Under the pieces are notes generated by a model that was given only the letters and a program-made list of their open reading frames with translations, was not told the DNA's origin and did no database searches. The position numbers and the translations under genes are program-made. Shown one piece after another: positions 1 to 9,359 of a stretch of 32,000 bases of DNA. Source of the DNA: Candidatus Nanoarchaeia archaeon (lineage in GTDB: Archaea > Nanobdellota > Nanobdellia > Jingweiarchaeales > Jingweiarchaeaceae); NCBI GenBank assembly GCA_038874075.1, contig JAVZDD010000006.1:1790-33789 (forward strand), read 5' to 3'. Position 1 is the stretch's first letter, and the number at the start of each line of letters is the position of its first letter.

Positions 1-113
1 AGCGCTTCTTTATCTTTTTCTCCCTCAACAACCACGATTTTATTTTTTGATACGTCAATCAGTTTTTCTATGAGATTGTTAATAGTTTCGATTTCATTCA
101 TTTTGTTGCCCAT
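1..113 (-). CDS. Toprim-domain (small primase-like / RNase M5-like) protein, N-terminal fragment running off the window
   Basis: ATG at 113-111 (reverse). Translation MGNKMNEIETINNLIEKLIDVSKNKIVVVEGEKDKEA ends in a VVEGxxDxxA motif typical of the Toprim acidic motif. Only about 37 aa are visible. Confidence 0.35.
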   Translation of the reverse strand, partial: MGNKMNEIETINNLIEKLIDVSKNKIVVVEGEKDKEA

Positions 114-224
114 CACACTATCAAGCACGCATCATTTTTTTGTGCCTGTACCTTCGTGATGGGCTCTTATTATTTTAAAAAACAAGCATTAAAAAACTTT
201 TTGATTTAAGAGATTTAAGAAGAC

Positions 225-728
225 TTACATAAACCTAGCTAAATTGAAGAATGATTTCGTTTCGTTTTCTACTGTGTACATTTCATCAACAATTCTTTTC
301 TTATAAGATTCAAATGTCGGTTTGTACAAGTACCTGTCATAAATACCCTTCACGAACTTCAAAAAAGGTGATGTCTCCCATCGATCTAAGTAATCAGTAA
401 CCAATCTCGCAGTGAATGTTACTTCAATCTCGCCACTATCAGCAGTTGTAGTTACCCCTTCTTTCTGTACTTGTACCTTTCTTAGGTCAATTACAAGTAT
501 CCTTGCTTTAATCAAAAATCTTGTGTAATCATCTATATTCTTATAACAGTTCCAAATTACTTCTACTTCCTGTGCTTCTGGCTTTTCCTTGTGCCTATAC
601 TTTTCTTCATCGATCGTATAGCCCAATGTTTTGAATGTATCAATAAAGAATCTGTAAAAATCGCCGAAACTGAATATCCCTCTAAATCTCACCTTTGATT
701 CAGGTACAATTATTGTTTCCTCAGCCAT
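225..728 (-). CDS. hypothetical protein, 167 aa, no recognisable motif
   Basis: Clean ATG..TAA ORF with composition like its neighbours, tightly packed in a same-strand gene array. No catalytic or binding motif recognised by eye. Confidence 0.6.
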   Translation of the reverse strand: MAEETIIVPESKVRFRGIFSFGDFYRFFIDTFKTLGYTIDEEKYRHKEKPEAQEVEVIWNCYKNIDDYTRFLIKARILVIDLRKVQVQKEGVTTTADSGEIEVTFTARLVTDYLDRWETSPFLKFVKGIYDRYLYKPTFESYKKRIVDEMYTVENETKSFFNLARFM

Positions 729-763
729 AAATTAATCATAGACATAGAAACTTAAAAATCTTG

Positions 764-1318
764 CTAATCCAAACTTGATTTGCAATCATTACAAATAAAC
801 ATACCTCGGGACTCAATTAACTCATCGGTGTAATTCCCACAAATTTCGCATGTGCCTGGATGTCTCATTTTACCACTAACCAGCCGCTTAATATCTGGCT
901 CTCTAATTTTAATTTTCTCAATTAATACATCGATTAAACTTGGCTCTATTTTTAATAGATCTTTTTCAGTTACTATTCCTTTTAATACACCGTTATCAAT
1001 TACGGGCAACCTTCGCACCCCTTTCTCATTCATTAATTTTGCAATGTCATAAAGATCTGTGTTTGAGCTAATGGAAATCACATTTGTTGTCATTATATCC
1101 TTAACCTTGATCTTCCTGAAATCTTTTCCCTTTGCAATCACTTTTTGTATAATATCTTTTTCTGTTAATATTCCAAGTAATTTGTTTTTTTCAATTACAA
1201 GAAGACTACCAACATTTTCTTTTATCATTTTCCTAGCAGCATTCATCACATTCACATCTGGGTTTATTTTCACTGGATGCCTAGTCATCGCATCCTTTGC
1301 AGTTATTCCGTATTTCAT
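764..1318 (-). CDS. CBS-domain pair protein with C-terminal zinc ribbon
   Basis: Two CBS-like repeats (VMNAARKMIKENVGSLLVIE..LLGILTEKDI and LYDIAKLMNEKGVRRLPVID..LKGIVTEKDL). C-terminal CEICGN..(13 aa)..CNDCK four-Cys motif. Confidence 0.8.
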   Translation of the reverse strand: MKYGITAKDAMTRHPVKINPDVNVMNAARKMIKENVGSLLVIEKNKLLGILTEKDIIQKVIAKGKDFRKIKVKDIMTTNVISISSNTDLYDIAKLMNEKGVRRLPVIDNGVLKGIVTEKDLLKIEPSLIDVLIEKIKIREPDIKRLVSGKMRHPGTCEICGNYTDELIESRGMFICNDCKSSLD

Positions 1319-1349
1319 AATAAAAGAAGAATTATTTAGAAATAAAAAT

Positions 1350-3248
1350 TTATCTTATCCTCAATACGTCTAAATTTCTAGGTACATTTGTCTCAATTTT
1401 GAATAATTTATGTAAGGTACTTGCTAAATCCAAACATTTTGAATTTTCACCATGATTCACAATTATCCTTTTTGGTTTGGGCTCAAGCCTCTTCACAAAA
1501 TTTATTAATTGCTCCCTGTCACTATGACCACTGTATCCTTCAATTGTATAAATACTAAGTTTAACAGGTAAAAGCTCTGTCTTTCCTTCGATCTCCATCG
1601 GTATTTCCCTAACACCTTTCTGTATTTCTCTACCCAAGGAGCCTTCTGCTTGATACGAGACAAAAATTAATGCATTATTTGGGTTATCTGCAAGCTCCTT
1701 CAAATAAAACACTGATGGGCCTCCAACTAACATACCAGATGTTGCAAGTATCACACAAGGTCCTTTTTCTTCAATCACTTTCTTCCTTTCTTCTTGTGAA
1801 CCAATACGAAAAAAGCAGGAGGATAAGAATGGGTTGTAATTTCGATGGAATATGAGTTTCCTCACAGACCTATTCATCATCTCAGGATAAGTAGTATGTA
1901 TCGCAGTAATGTCCCAAACCATGCCATCAACGAAAATTGGGATTTCTTTTATTTTACCATGTCTTATTGCTTCCTCAAGGACAAGCATTACCTCCTGTGC
2001 TCTACCTCCACCAAGCACAGGAATCAGAATTTTTCCACCTTTTTTTATTGTGTCATTAACAATATTTATCAAGAATTCATCGCACTCCTTTCTTGTTGGC
2101 TGTACATCATCTGCACCACCATATGTGCTTTCGATTATTAATGTCTCCAATCGTTGAAAATTACATAGTGCTGCTTCAAGTAGTTTCGTCCTTGAGAATT
2201 TGAAATCCGAAGTATATAAGATATTGTGAAAACCATCGCCAATGTTTAAATGTATGAGCGATGATCCTAAAATATGGCCAGCATTATGTAAAGTGATCCT
2301 AATGTCTGAAGTAATATCAGAGACTTCATCGTATTTAAGTGTGACTGAGTGTTTTATCATTTCATTTATGTCTTTACTTGAGTAAATTGGTTTCTTTGCT
2401 TCTGACATTGAAACATCAATGTAATCTAATTGCAATAGTGTCATCACATCTCTTGTTGCTTCTGTACAATATACTGGCCCTCTGTATCCCAGTTTATATA
2501 AGTAAGGTAAAAATCCGCAGTGGTCTAAATGGCTATGAGAAATCACGACTGCATCTAGTTCCTCAATTTCAAACTCAGGAACATCGAGATATGGGTAGGC
2601 ATGTTCAGTCGATGCCACATTAACGCCACAATCCAATAATACTTTACTTTTTGGTGTTTGCAAAAATAAACAACTCCTACCCACTTCCCTGAATCCACCC
2701 AAGCAAGCCAGTCTTATCCAATACTTTGAATTTCGCTTCCATCCAGAATATATTTTTTTCCCTATTTTATTCAAGAAGTGTCTCCTGTATTCTGAATTCT
2801 TGAAAAGAACCTCTCTTATCGTCCTGACTAAGTTACTTTTTATTGATGGGCTCCTCCTGATCCGTGGCACCCAAAGTGTTCTTTGAAAGATCTGTTTCAT
2901 TATGTTCCCATTTTTACCAATTACAATGCCTGGTTTCTCTGCCTCTATTATCACAATGCTTCGCTTTGAATCAAACCAAATATCAGCTAGATTTGCATCT
3001 TTGGGAATTAATGACAGAATCACTTCTCTAGCTTTTTCCTCATTCATGAGGATGTTAGTATCTGGTCTTATCTCAACCCTTTTCTTTAATTTATCCACAA
3101 TTTTTTTTATTACATCTTTACTATCAAAAAGGAATGTTTTATTTTTGCTGTACAAAACGACATTGGCACCCTCGAAACAGTAATCAGTAATCATTGCTCC
3201 TCTTGGCAATTCTTCCTTGATTTTAGAAATTATTTCCTTCTCTTCCAT
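1350..3248 (-). CDS. fttA: aCPSF1/FttA-type beta-CASP metallo-beta-lactamase ribonuclease with N-terminal KH domains
   Basis: N-terminal KH-like GxxG (IVIGKNGNIMKQI), MBL motif HSHLDHCG and a beta-CASP C-terminal part (YSGHSD, NHGE). About 630 aa, typical of aCPSF1. ATG at 3248 preferred over the TTG at 3260 in the ORF track. Confidence 0.9.
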   Translation of the reverse strand: MEEKEIISKIKEELPRGAMITDYCFEGANVVLYSKNKTFLFDSKDVIKKIVDKLKKRVEIRPDTNILMNEEKAREVILSLIPKDANLADIWFDSKRSIVIIEAEKPGIVIGKNGNIMKQIFQRTLWVPRIRRSPSIKSNLVRTIREVLFKNSEYRRHFLNKIGKKIYSGWKRNSKYWIRLACLGGFREVGRSCLFLQTPKSKVLLDCGVNVASTEHAYPYLDVPEFEIEELDAVVISHSHLDHCGFLPYLYKLGYRGPVYCTEATRDVMTLLQLDYIDVSMSEAKKPIYSSKDINEMIKHSVTLKYDEVSDITSDIRITLHNAGHILGSSLIHLNIGDGFHNILYTSDFKFSRTKLLEAALCNFQRLETLIIESTYGGADDVQPTRKECDEFLINIVNDTIKKGGKILIPVLGGGRAQEVMLVLEEAIRHGKIKEIPIFVDGMVWDITAIHTTYPEMMNRSVRKLIFHRNYNPFLSSCFFRIGSQEERKKVIEEKGPCVILATSGMLVGGPSVFYLKELADNPNNALIFVSYQAEGSLGREIQKGVREIPMEIEGKTELLPVKLSIYTIEGYSGHSDREQLINFVKRLEPKPKRIIVNHGENSKCLDLASTLHKLFKIETNVPRNLDVLRIR

Positions 3249-3266
3249 CTCAAAAACCAAGAACTT

Positions 3267-3932
3267 TCACTTTGATAGAATTTTATTTACTTCTTTCTCA
3301 TCCAATCGCTTAAAACCTTGTTTTGTAATTGTAACGACATCAATTCCATTTCCTGAGTAAACATCCCTTTGCATTGCTGCATTTACTGCCTTCACCGCTA
3401 ATTTTATTCCTTCTTCTAGGCTCATTCCTTCCTTGTAACCTTCTTCTAGAACTCCGTATGCGATTACGCTACCTGATCCTGTCGATATGTACTTGTCTTC
3501 TACGCTTCCGCCATCTGCTGCTAAGGAAAAGAGGTGAAATCCTGTTTCATCTACGCCACCGAGTAAGATTTGGACGTAATATGGAAATGGTGACATTCGA
3601 TTATTGAACAAAATGTGGCTAAGTAATGTACATGCTGCTTTTACGCTTGGTTTTTTCTGTTTCCTAACCTTGTATAACTCCATCTCAATTTTTAAAAACT
3701 TGGCTAAAAGTTGAGCATCCCCAACCAATCCTGCCATCGTCAATGCAATTCTATCCGTAACCTCAAATATTTTTTCAAAAACCTTGTGTGCAATCAAATA
3801 ATCCATAGTCACTCTTTTGTCGGCTGCAAAAACAATACCGTCTTTCGTAACAATGCCAAGTGTTGTAGTACCTGTCTTCATTAATCCCTTCATCTCTTCC
3901 TTTGTCATTCTCAAACCCCAATCAGAATTCAT
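3267..3932 (-). CDS. psmB: proteasome subunit beta
   Basis: Short propeptide followed by the catalytic Thr context G|TTTLGIVTKDGIVFAADKR. Ntn-hydrolase beta-subunit pattern throughout. Confidence 0.9.
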   Translation of the reverse strand: MNSDWGLRMTKEEMKGLMKTGTTTLGIVTKDGIVFAADKRVTMDYLIAHKVFEKIFEVTDRIALTMAGLVGDAQLLAKFLKIEMELYKVRKQKKPSVKAACTLLSHILFNNRMSPFPYYVQILLGGVDETGFHLFSLAADGGSVEDKYISTGSGSVIAYGVLEEGYKEGMSLEEGIKLAVKAVNAAMQRDVYSGNGIDVVTITKQGFKRLDEKEVNKILSK

Positions 3933-3980
3933 CTTTTTTTATGATTTAGGTATTTATAAGGGTTTCTACTGGACAATCCA

Positions 3981-4850
3981 TCAAACTTTTTTGTTATTGT
4001 TAAATCTTTCCCAGCAGTATGGTGTGTAATTTGTAAGTGTATCTATATACGCAAGCAAATTCGCACTCGATTCAATCAAAATTGCAATCAGAATCATTGG
4101 TATCTCAGATGGATTTGTGGCGATGACTCTGGACAATTCATAAATTACATTGCGCAGCCTCATTGAAACGTCTATTTTCATTTGTTTGAGTTGTATGTAG
4201 CCTCTTGCAATTCTTCTCCTTTGTTTTAAGAGTTTTGAAATTGAACTTGGGGTATGCATAAAAGTAATTGCTTTTGGTTCATATAAAATCCGATAATTCC
4301 TTTTCTCTATCATTCCCTCAATGTAACCATCATCATTTATTATATTCTGAGGAATCTTGCGCAAAATTCCGTTTCTTATTGCACACATCTCGCCACTCAA
4401 TTTTGGATGTGTGAGTGATACGCGATGATGTAATTCCCAAATCAATTTACCAATGTTGCTAATACAATCATCTTGTTTATTTATCGGAAGTGGTCTACCT
4501 CCAACTCCACCAACGTCTTTATCTTCAAAATGTTTAAGAAGTAGATTTATACTATCTTTTTTCGGTAAGTTATCTCCTGAGACCAGAACAATAAATTCCC
4601 CTCTTGCTTTTTTTAATATTAAATTGATTGCGCTTGCCTTCCCCATCCTCTTTTTCTCATGTATCAGTTCTATCTTATTACTTTTTGATTGAAACCCTTT
4701 GACAATCTTTATTGTGTTGTCATTTCCACCAGCCACAATTAAAATTTTATTCAATTTAAAAATGAAATTTTCATTCAGTAAAAAGGATAAAAGTTTCCCG
4801 ATGTTCTTTTCTTCATTGTAAGCACAAATACCAATTGTAAATGATTTCAT
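3981..4850 (-). CDS. family 2 glycosyltransferase
   Basis: N-terminal FTIGICAYNEEKNIGKLL (GT2 xPxYNEE signature), GGNDNT, LVSGDN (DxD-like) and a C-terminal hydrophobic segment. ATG at 4850 lies 1 nt after the upstream stop and is preferred to the TTG at 4862. Confidence 0.75.
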   Translation of the reverse strand: MKSFTIGICAYNEEKNIGKLLSFLLNENFIFKLNKILIVAGGNDNTIKIVKGFQSKSNKIELIHEKKRMGKASAINLILKKARGEFIVLVSGDNLPKKDSINLLLKHFEDKDVGGVGGRPLPINKQDDCISNIGKLIWELHHRVSLTHPKLSGEMCAIRNGILRKIPQNIINDDGYIEGMIEKRNYRILYEPKAITFMHTPSSISKLLKQRRRIARGYIQLKQMKIDVSMRLRNVIYELSRVIATNPSEIPMILIAILIESSANLLAYIDTLTNYTPYCWERFNNNKKV

Positions 4851-4851
4851 A

Positions 4852-5685
4852 TTAATAACCAATATTTAATAAGAGATATAGTCCCCATTCATAGATACCA
4901 TAAACATTATCGCGTAAATACTGTAAATTTGTCATCCTGTTTATTTTTCTGATCTTGTTGTATCTAAGTAAATTAAAAACGAACATCACAATAAAGAATT
5001 GATTTAAATTTTGAAAAATAAAAATGGATATGAATGCAATCAAGATATAGATTAGCAATAGATTTTTCAAAGTTGCGATTGTTTGATTGAATCCAAGAAA
5101 TATAGCTGTCGTTATCCTACCACTTTTCTTGTCTTTTTTGAAATGTGCTAGTTGGTGTAAAAGTTCATGAAATAGAAAATAAGTAAATGTGATGAAGAGA
5201 AAGAGAATAGTCCTATTATTCAGCTTTTCATTAAAGAAGAAATAAGCTTGCAAATAAAGCACAGAAAAGATAGTACAATTCATTAAAACATCAATTATAG
5301 TGTGGTCACGAAACCTTGGTGGACATGAGTAAAGTGTTGATAGCACGATGAAGAGAATAATGAGTGTTAAGAATGTGTTATTGTATTTGATAGGAAGCGT
5401 TGGTAATATTAAAAATAATGGTAGGGTACAAAGTAATAAAATTTGTTTGTCTTTCATTTTTAATGAAGCAATATAATTTTTTTCTTTTGCAATCTTAAAA
5501 TCAAAGAAGTTATTCATCGCAAAGAAATAAGCAAGTAGGAGTGAAGATTGGATTAGATTCAAAAATGCGATCTCGAAAGTTGGAAAAACATTTGTTGTGT
5601 ATGCGATTAGACATAAGCCAAGATTTTTAAACCAATCTTTTATTCTATAAAATTCACATATTTTTTTAATAAGCCTTGGCAACAT
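4852..5685 (-). CDS. UbiA-superfamily-like polytopic membrane protein (prenyltransferase fold, degenerate Asp motifs)
   Basis: About 8 hydrophobic helices in 277 aa. NNFFDFKIA sits where UbiA has NDxxDxxxD, and HFKKDKKSGRITTA sits where UbiA has DxxxDRxxGxxT. The alignment was done by eye only. Confidence 0.4.
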   Translation of the reverse strand: MLPRLIKKICEFYRIKDWFKNLGLCLIAYTTNVFPTFEIAFLNLIQSSLLLAYFFAMNNFFDFKIAKEKNYIASLKMKDKQILLLCTLPLFLILPTLPIKYNNTFLTLIILFIVLSTLYSCPPRFRDHTIIDVLMNCTIFSVLYLQAYFFFNEKLNNRTILFLFITFTYFLFHELLHQLAHFKKDKKSGRITTAIFLGFNQTIATLKNLLLIYILIAFISIFIFQNLNQFFIVMFVFNLLRYNKIRKINRMTNLQYLRDNVYGIYEWGLYLLLNIGY

Positions 5686-7114
5686 AAACCACTTCTCTTG
5701 CTTTTTTGCCGCAAACTGCGCAGTTCCCTTCTACTTTATCTTTGGAACCTAGAATTTTTCCACGAACCTCTGCGCTGCATACCTCTTTAATTTTGTCAGC
5801 GCACTCCTCACGCATACAGAATAGTATTTTAACGAATCCTCCCTTCTCTTCTATTACTCGCTTCAAAGCAGCGAGATCGCTTACCTCTCTTATATTTTCT
5901 TGTAAAAACTTTTCTGCTCTATTCCTTAAGTTCTCAAGTATATCACTTGCTATCATTTTAATACTAGCCAACAGTTGACTATCATCGATCTTATCTCTCG
6001 TTCTTAAATCCCTCCTAAAGACAATGCATGAATGTTCTTCAACTTCTTTGGTTCCTATCTCTATTCTTATTGGTACACCTTTCATTTCCCAAAAGTAATA
6101 TTTTGCTCCTGGTGTTTTTTCCGTTAAATCTATTTCAGCCCTTATCCCATTCCTTACCAACATATCTCTTATCATCTCACACTTTCTTACTACGATTTCA
6201 AATTCTTTTTTATTATAAAATATTGGCACGATAATCACTTGAATTGGTGCAATTTCAAATGGGAATATCAAACCATTATTATCCCCGTGTATTGAAATCA
6301 ATGCGGCAAATATGCGTGAATATGCTGGGCCATAGCAAGTTTGGTAAACATAACCGTAACTGCCGTCTTTTTTCAAATACCTTATATTAAATACCTTTGC
6401 AAAGTTTTGGCCCAATAGATGAGTAGATGGTAGTTGTATCACTTTACCGTCTGGCATCAGTGCATCAGCAGCAAATGTACTGACTGCCCCTTTAAATTTA
6501 TCCCATGGTGGACGTTCAAAAAATAAGAATGGAATTCCAAGTTTTTCGTAGAGAACTTTCTTTGTAATCTCCATATCTTCCTCCACTTGTTTTCTTGCCT
6601 CTTCTTCAGTTGCAAATGCATCGTGCGCCTCAATCCAATGAAATTCCCTAGCCCTGATAAGGGCCCTCGTTGCCTTTGTATCAAATCTAAAAACACTACA
6701 ATTTTGATAGATTTTAATTGGTAGATCAGAATAACCTTGTATCCAATACCTAAACATTGGGTATATTGCTGTTTCGCTCGTTGGCCTAAGTGCAAGCTTT
6801 TCTTCTAATTTTTTCTTTCCACCATGAGTGACCCAAAAAACCTCGGGCTCGAATCCTTTAACATGCTCTTTCTCTTTTCTCAAATTTTTTTCTGGAATCA
6901 CTGTTGGGAATAAAACTGGTCTATGTCCCTTCTCCTCCAATGCAACTTCAAATAATCTCGCTATTTCTCGCAATGGAATCATCATCCATGGTTTATATAT
7001 AACAAAGCCTTTCACATCATATCTCAAATCAACCAAATCTGCTTTCTCTAGAATTGTATCATACCATGTTGAGAATGTCTTATTTTTATCAATGTTAAAC
7101 GTCTCTTCACTCAT
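5666..7114 (-). CDS. proS: prolyl-tRNA synthetase (archaeal/eukaryotic type)
   Basis: Class II aaRS motifs (FRFDTKATRALIRAREFHWIEAH; GPAYSRIFAALISIHGDNNG) and a C-terminal Zn-binding tail CAVCGKKA..YVAKAY. Length 482 aa. Confidence 0.9.
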   Translation of the reverse strand: MSEETFNIDKNKTFSTWYDTILEKADLVDLRYDVKGFVIYKPWMMIPLREIARLFEVALEEKGHRPVLFPTVIPEKNLRKEKEHVKGFEPEVFWVTHGGKKKLEEKLALRPTSETAIYPMFRYWIQGYSDLPIKIYQNCSVFRFDTKATRALIRAREFHWIEAHDAFATEEEARKQVEEDMEITKKVLYEKLGIPFLFFERPPWDKFKGAVSTFAADALMPDGKVIQLPSTHLLGQNFAKVFNIRYLKKDGSYGYVYQTCYGPAYSRIFAALISIHGDNNGLIFPFEIAPIQVIIVPIFYNKKEFEIVVRKCEMIRDMLVRNGIRAEIDLTEKTPGAKYYFWEMKGVPIRIEIGTKEVEEHSCIVFRRDLRTRDKIDDSQLLASIKMIASDILENLRNRAEKFLQENIREVSDLAALKRVIEEKGGFVKILFCMREECADKIKEVCSAEVRGKILGSKDKVEGNCAVCGKKAREVVYVAKAY

Positions 7115-7196
7115 GGCCTCACCCGTGTATTTATAATCAAATAAATTAATTTAATGTTTAAAAGTTAATTATTTAAAAATATAATCCATTAAATAA

Positions 7197-9233
7197 ATGG
7201 TGGTAGAATACAAAAGGTTCCTAATTACGGCAGCACTTCCTTATGCAAATGGGGAACTTCATTTAGGACATATAATGAGTACTTACCTTCCTGCAGACAT
7301 CATCACAAGGTTTCTTAGATTAAATAAAAAAGATGCGATATATATTTGTGCTACTGATGAACACGGAACACCAATTTTAATAAAGGCTGAGGAAGAAAAG
7401 AAGACACCGGAAGAATTTGTTAAATACTGGCATAAAAGAGATAAAGAAGAATTTGAAAAACTTGGAATAAAATTTGATATTTTTTACAGGACTCACAGCA
7501 AGGAGAATGAAACAACGGCACAAGAATTCTTTTTAAAACTATATAATAAAAAATATATTTTCAAAAAAGAAGTTGAGCAGTTCTACTGTGAAAGTTGTAA
7601 AAAGTTCTTACCCGATAGATATGTCAAAGGTACATGTCCTTATTGTAAGAGCCAAGAGCAATATTCTGATTATTGTGAAAAATGTGGCAAGGCGATAGGG
7701 ATTGGTGAAATAGAAGACCCACATTGTGCTGTATGTAAGAGCAAACCAATAAAAAAGAAAAGCATACATTATTTTTTTAAGCTAAGCTCATTTTCAAAAA
7801 AACTAAGAAAATACTTATTGAAAAATAAGAATTTACAAGCTGAAATAAGAAATTATGTGATAAATTGGATAGATTCTGGCCTGCAAGACTGGGATATAAC
7901 AAGGGACATTTCTTGGGGTATAAAAATTCCACTGAAAGAAGCCAGAGATAAAACACTCTATGTTTGGTTTGAAGCACCAATATGTTATATTTCTAGTACA
8001 AAAAAATGGAGTCAATTAAATAAAAAAGATTGGAAAAAATTCTGGAAAAGTAAAGATTGTTGTATTATGCATTTCATAGGTAAGGATATTGTGTATCACC
8101 ATTATTTATTCTGGCCAGCAATATTAATGGGTGTGAATAATGGTTTTTTATTACCCAGTTTTATACCGGTAAGGGGCCACTTGACACTAGAAGGAGAAAA
8201 ATTTTCAAAGTCACGTGGTTTATATGTGAGTTTGAAAGATTATCTTGAAAAGTATGACCCTGACTATTTGAGATTCTATATGAGTTTGATTACGACATAC
8301 AGCGCCAGTGATGTAAATTTTTCTTGGAAAGAGTACCAACAAAGGATAAACACAGAACTTGTGAATATCATTGGTAATTTTATATATAGAACGACATTTT
8401 TCATATACAAGTTTTTCAATTCAAGAGTACCAAAGCTCTACCAATTAGATGAAAAAGATAAAGAGATATTAAATGAGTTAAAAATTGAACACAAAAAAAT
8501 CACGGAAAATCTAAATAAAATAGAGATTCAAAGGGCACTACAAGAAATCATATTTTTGGCTGGAAGAGCAAATAAATACTTTCAAGAAAAAGAGCCCTGG
8601 AGGGATTTGGAAAAAAGGAAAAAAGAAATAAGCAACTGTTTGAATATATCAATGAACCTATGTAGAGCACTCTCAATATACCTCTATCCATTCATTCCAT
8701 TCTCAATTGAGAAATTGTGGAAGCAGATAAACATCAAAGAAAGTGAGCAGGATTGGAAAAGTGCGTATAAACTGAAAATAAAAGCGAATCATCACATTAA
8801 CGAACCATTCATATTATTTAAAAAAATAGAGGATGATGTTATAGAAAAAGAGATTGCTAAACTTGGGATTAAACAAGAAAATAGACAGGAGGTGAAGAAA
8901 GAAGTGATAAGTTTTGAAGAATTTAAAAAAATGGATTTGAGAGTTGGTAGAGTGATGGATGCAGAGAAAGTTGCTGGAACTGATAAATTAATAAAAATGA
9001 CCGTGGATTTTGGTGAACTTGGTAAAAGAACCGTTGTTGCAGGAATTGCAAAATTTTACGAACCTGAAGATTTGGTAAACAAACAATTTGTATTTGTTAC
9101 AAATCTCGAACCAAAAAAGATGCGTGGGATACTAAGCGAAGCTATGATACTTGCTGCTGTCGAAGGTGATGAAGAAAAAATTGCATTAGTGGGAATTGAA
9201 AAAGAAGTAAAAGAAGGTACACCTGTTCAATGA
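7197..9233 (+). CDS. metG: methionyl-tRNA synthetase with C-terminal Trbp111/EMAP-like tRNA-binding domain
   Basis: HIGH motif HLGH, KMSKS motif KFSKS, Zn knuckles CESCKK..CPYCKS..CEKCGK..CAVCKS and a C-terminal DLRVGRV..KLIKMTVDFGE OB domain. Confidence 0.92.
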   Translation: MVVEYKRFLITAALPYANGELHLGHIMSTYLPADIITRFLRLNKKDAIYICATDEHGTPILIKAEEEKKTPEEFVKYWHKRDKEEFEKLGIKFDIFYRTHSKENETTAQEFFLKLYNKKYIFKKEVEQFYCESCKKFLPDRYVKGTCPYCKSQEQYSDYCEKCGKAIGIGEIEDPHCAVCKSKPIKKKSIHYFFKLSSFSKKLRKYLLKNKNLQAEIRNYVINWIDSGLQDWDITRDISWGIKIPLKEARDKTLYVWFEAPICYISSTKKWSQLNKKDWKKFWKSKDCCIMHFIGKDIVYHHYLFWPAILMGVNNGFLLPSFIPVRGHLTLEGEKFSKSRGLYVSLKDYLEKYDPDYLRFYMSLITTYSASDVNFSWKEYQQRINTELVNIIGNFIYRTTFFIYKFFNSRVPKLYQLDEKDKEILNELKIEHKKITENLNKIEIQRALQEIIFLAGRANKYFQEKEPWRDLEKRKKEISNCLNISMNLCRALSIYLYPFIPFSIEKLWKQINIKESEQDWKSAYKLKIKANHHINEPFILFKKIEDDVIEKEIAKLGIKQENRQEVKKEVISFEEFKKMDLRVGRVMDAEKVAGTDKLIKMTVDFGELGKRTVVAGIAKFYEPEDLVNKQFVFVTNLEPKKMRGILSEAMILAAVEGDEEKIALVGIEKEVKEGTPVQ

Positions 9234-9244
9234 AGATTTGGTAG

Positions 9245-9318
9245 TGGGCCCAGGGAGATTTGAACTCCCGACCTCTACCTTATCAGGGTAGCGCTCTACC
9301 AGGCTAAGCTATAGGCCC
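9245..9318 (-). tRNA. tRNA-Ile (anticodon GAU), 74 nt, no encoded CCA
   Basis: Reverse complement reads GGGCCTA TA GCTT AGCCTGGTA GAGC G CTACC CTGATAA GGTAG AGGTC GGGAG TTCAAAT CTCCC TGGGCCC A. It folds by hand into a full cloverleaf with a 7-bp acceptor stem (one G-U) and a GAT anticodon. It is a GC-rich island in AT-rich DNA. Confidence 0.9.
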
Positions 9319-9339
9319 GTGAAACTAATTTAATAATAG

Positions 9340-9357
9340 CAAAATTTTAAAATTTAT
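9340..9357 (-). promoter_or_regulatory. candidate TATA/BRE element for tRNA-Ile
   Basis: The reverse strand reads ATAAATTTTAAAATTTT centred about 29 nt upstream of the tRNA 5' end at 9318. The call is positional and compositional only. Confidence 0.3.
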
Positions 9358-9359
9358 GC

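Noticed and set aside
111-175. C/D-box-like strings (GTGATGG on the plus strand, ATGATGC on the minus strand) and short inverted repeats (CATCAC..GTGATG, GCAC..GTGC) in the 114-224 spacer
   Set aside because: There is no matching D box (CTGA) at the right distance and no terminal stem. The sequence doubles as the 5' region of the Toprim gene. I cannot separate this from chance by eye.
6457-6795. A 112-aa same-strand ORF inside proS in another frame
   Set aside because: It is fully nested in the strongly supported ProRS frame. The basic, low-complexity sequence has no motif.
7115-7196. An ORB-like string AATCCATTAAATAA in the proS/metG divergent spacer as a second origin
   Set aside because: It is a single degenerate copy with no repeats or inverted partner. 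The region is adequately explained as a bidirectional AT-rich promoter.
9234-9359. tRNA-Ile as an integration hotspot for a genomic island
   Set aside because: The flanks are metG and the HTH-CBS/mat pair, all core genes. No integrase, direct repeat of the tRNA 3' end or compositional shift is visible.
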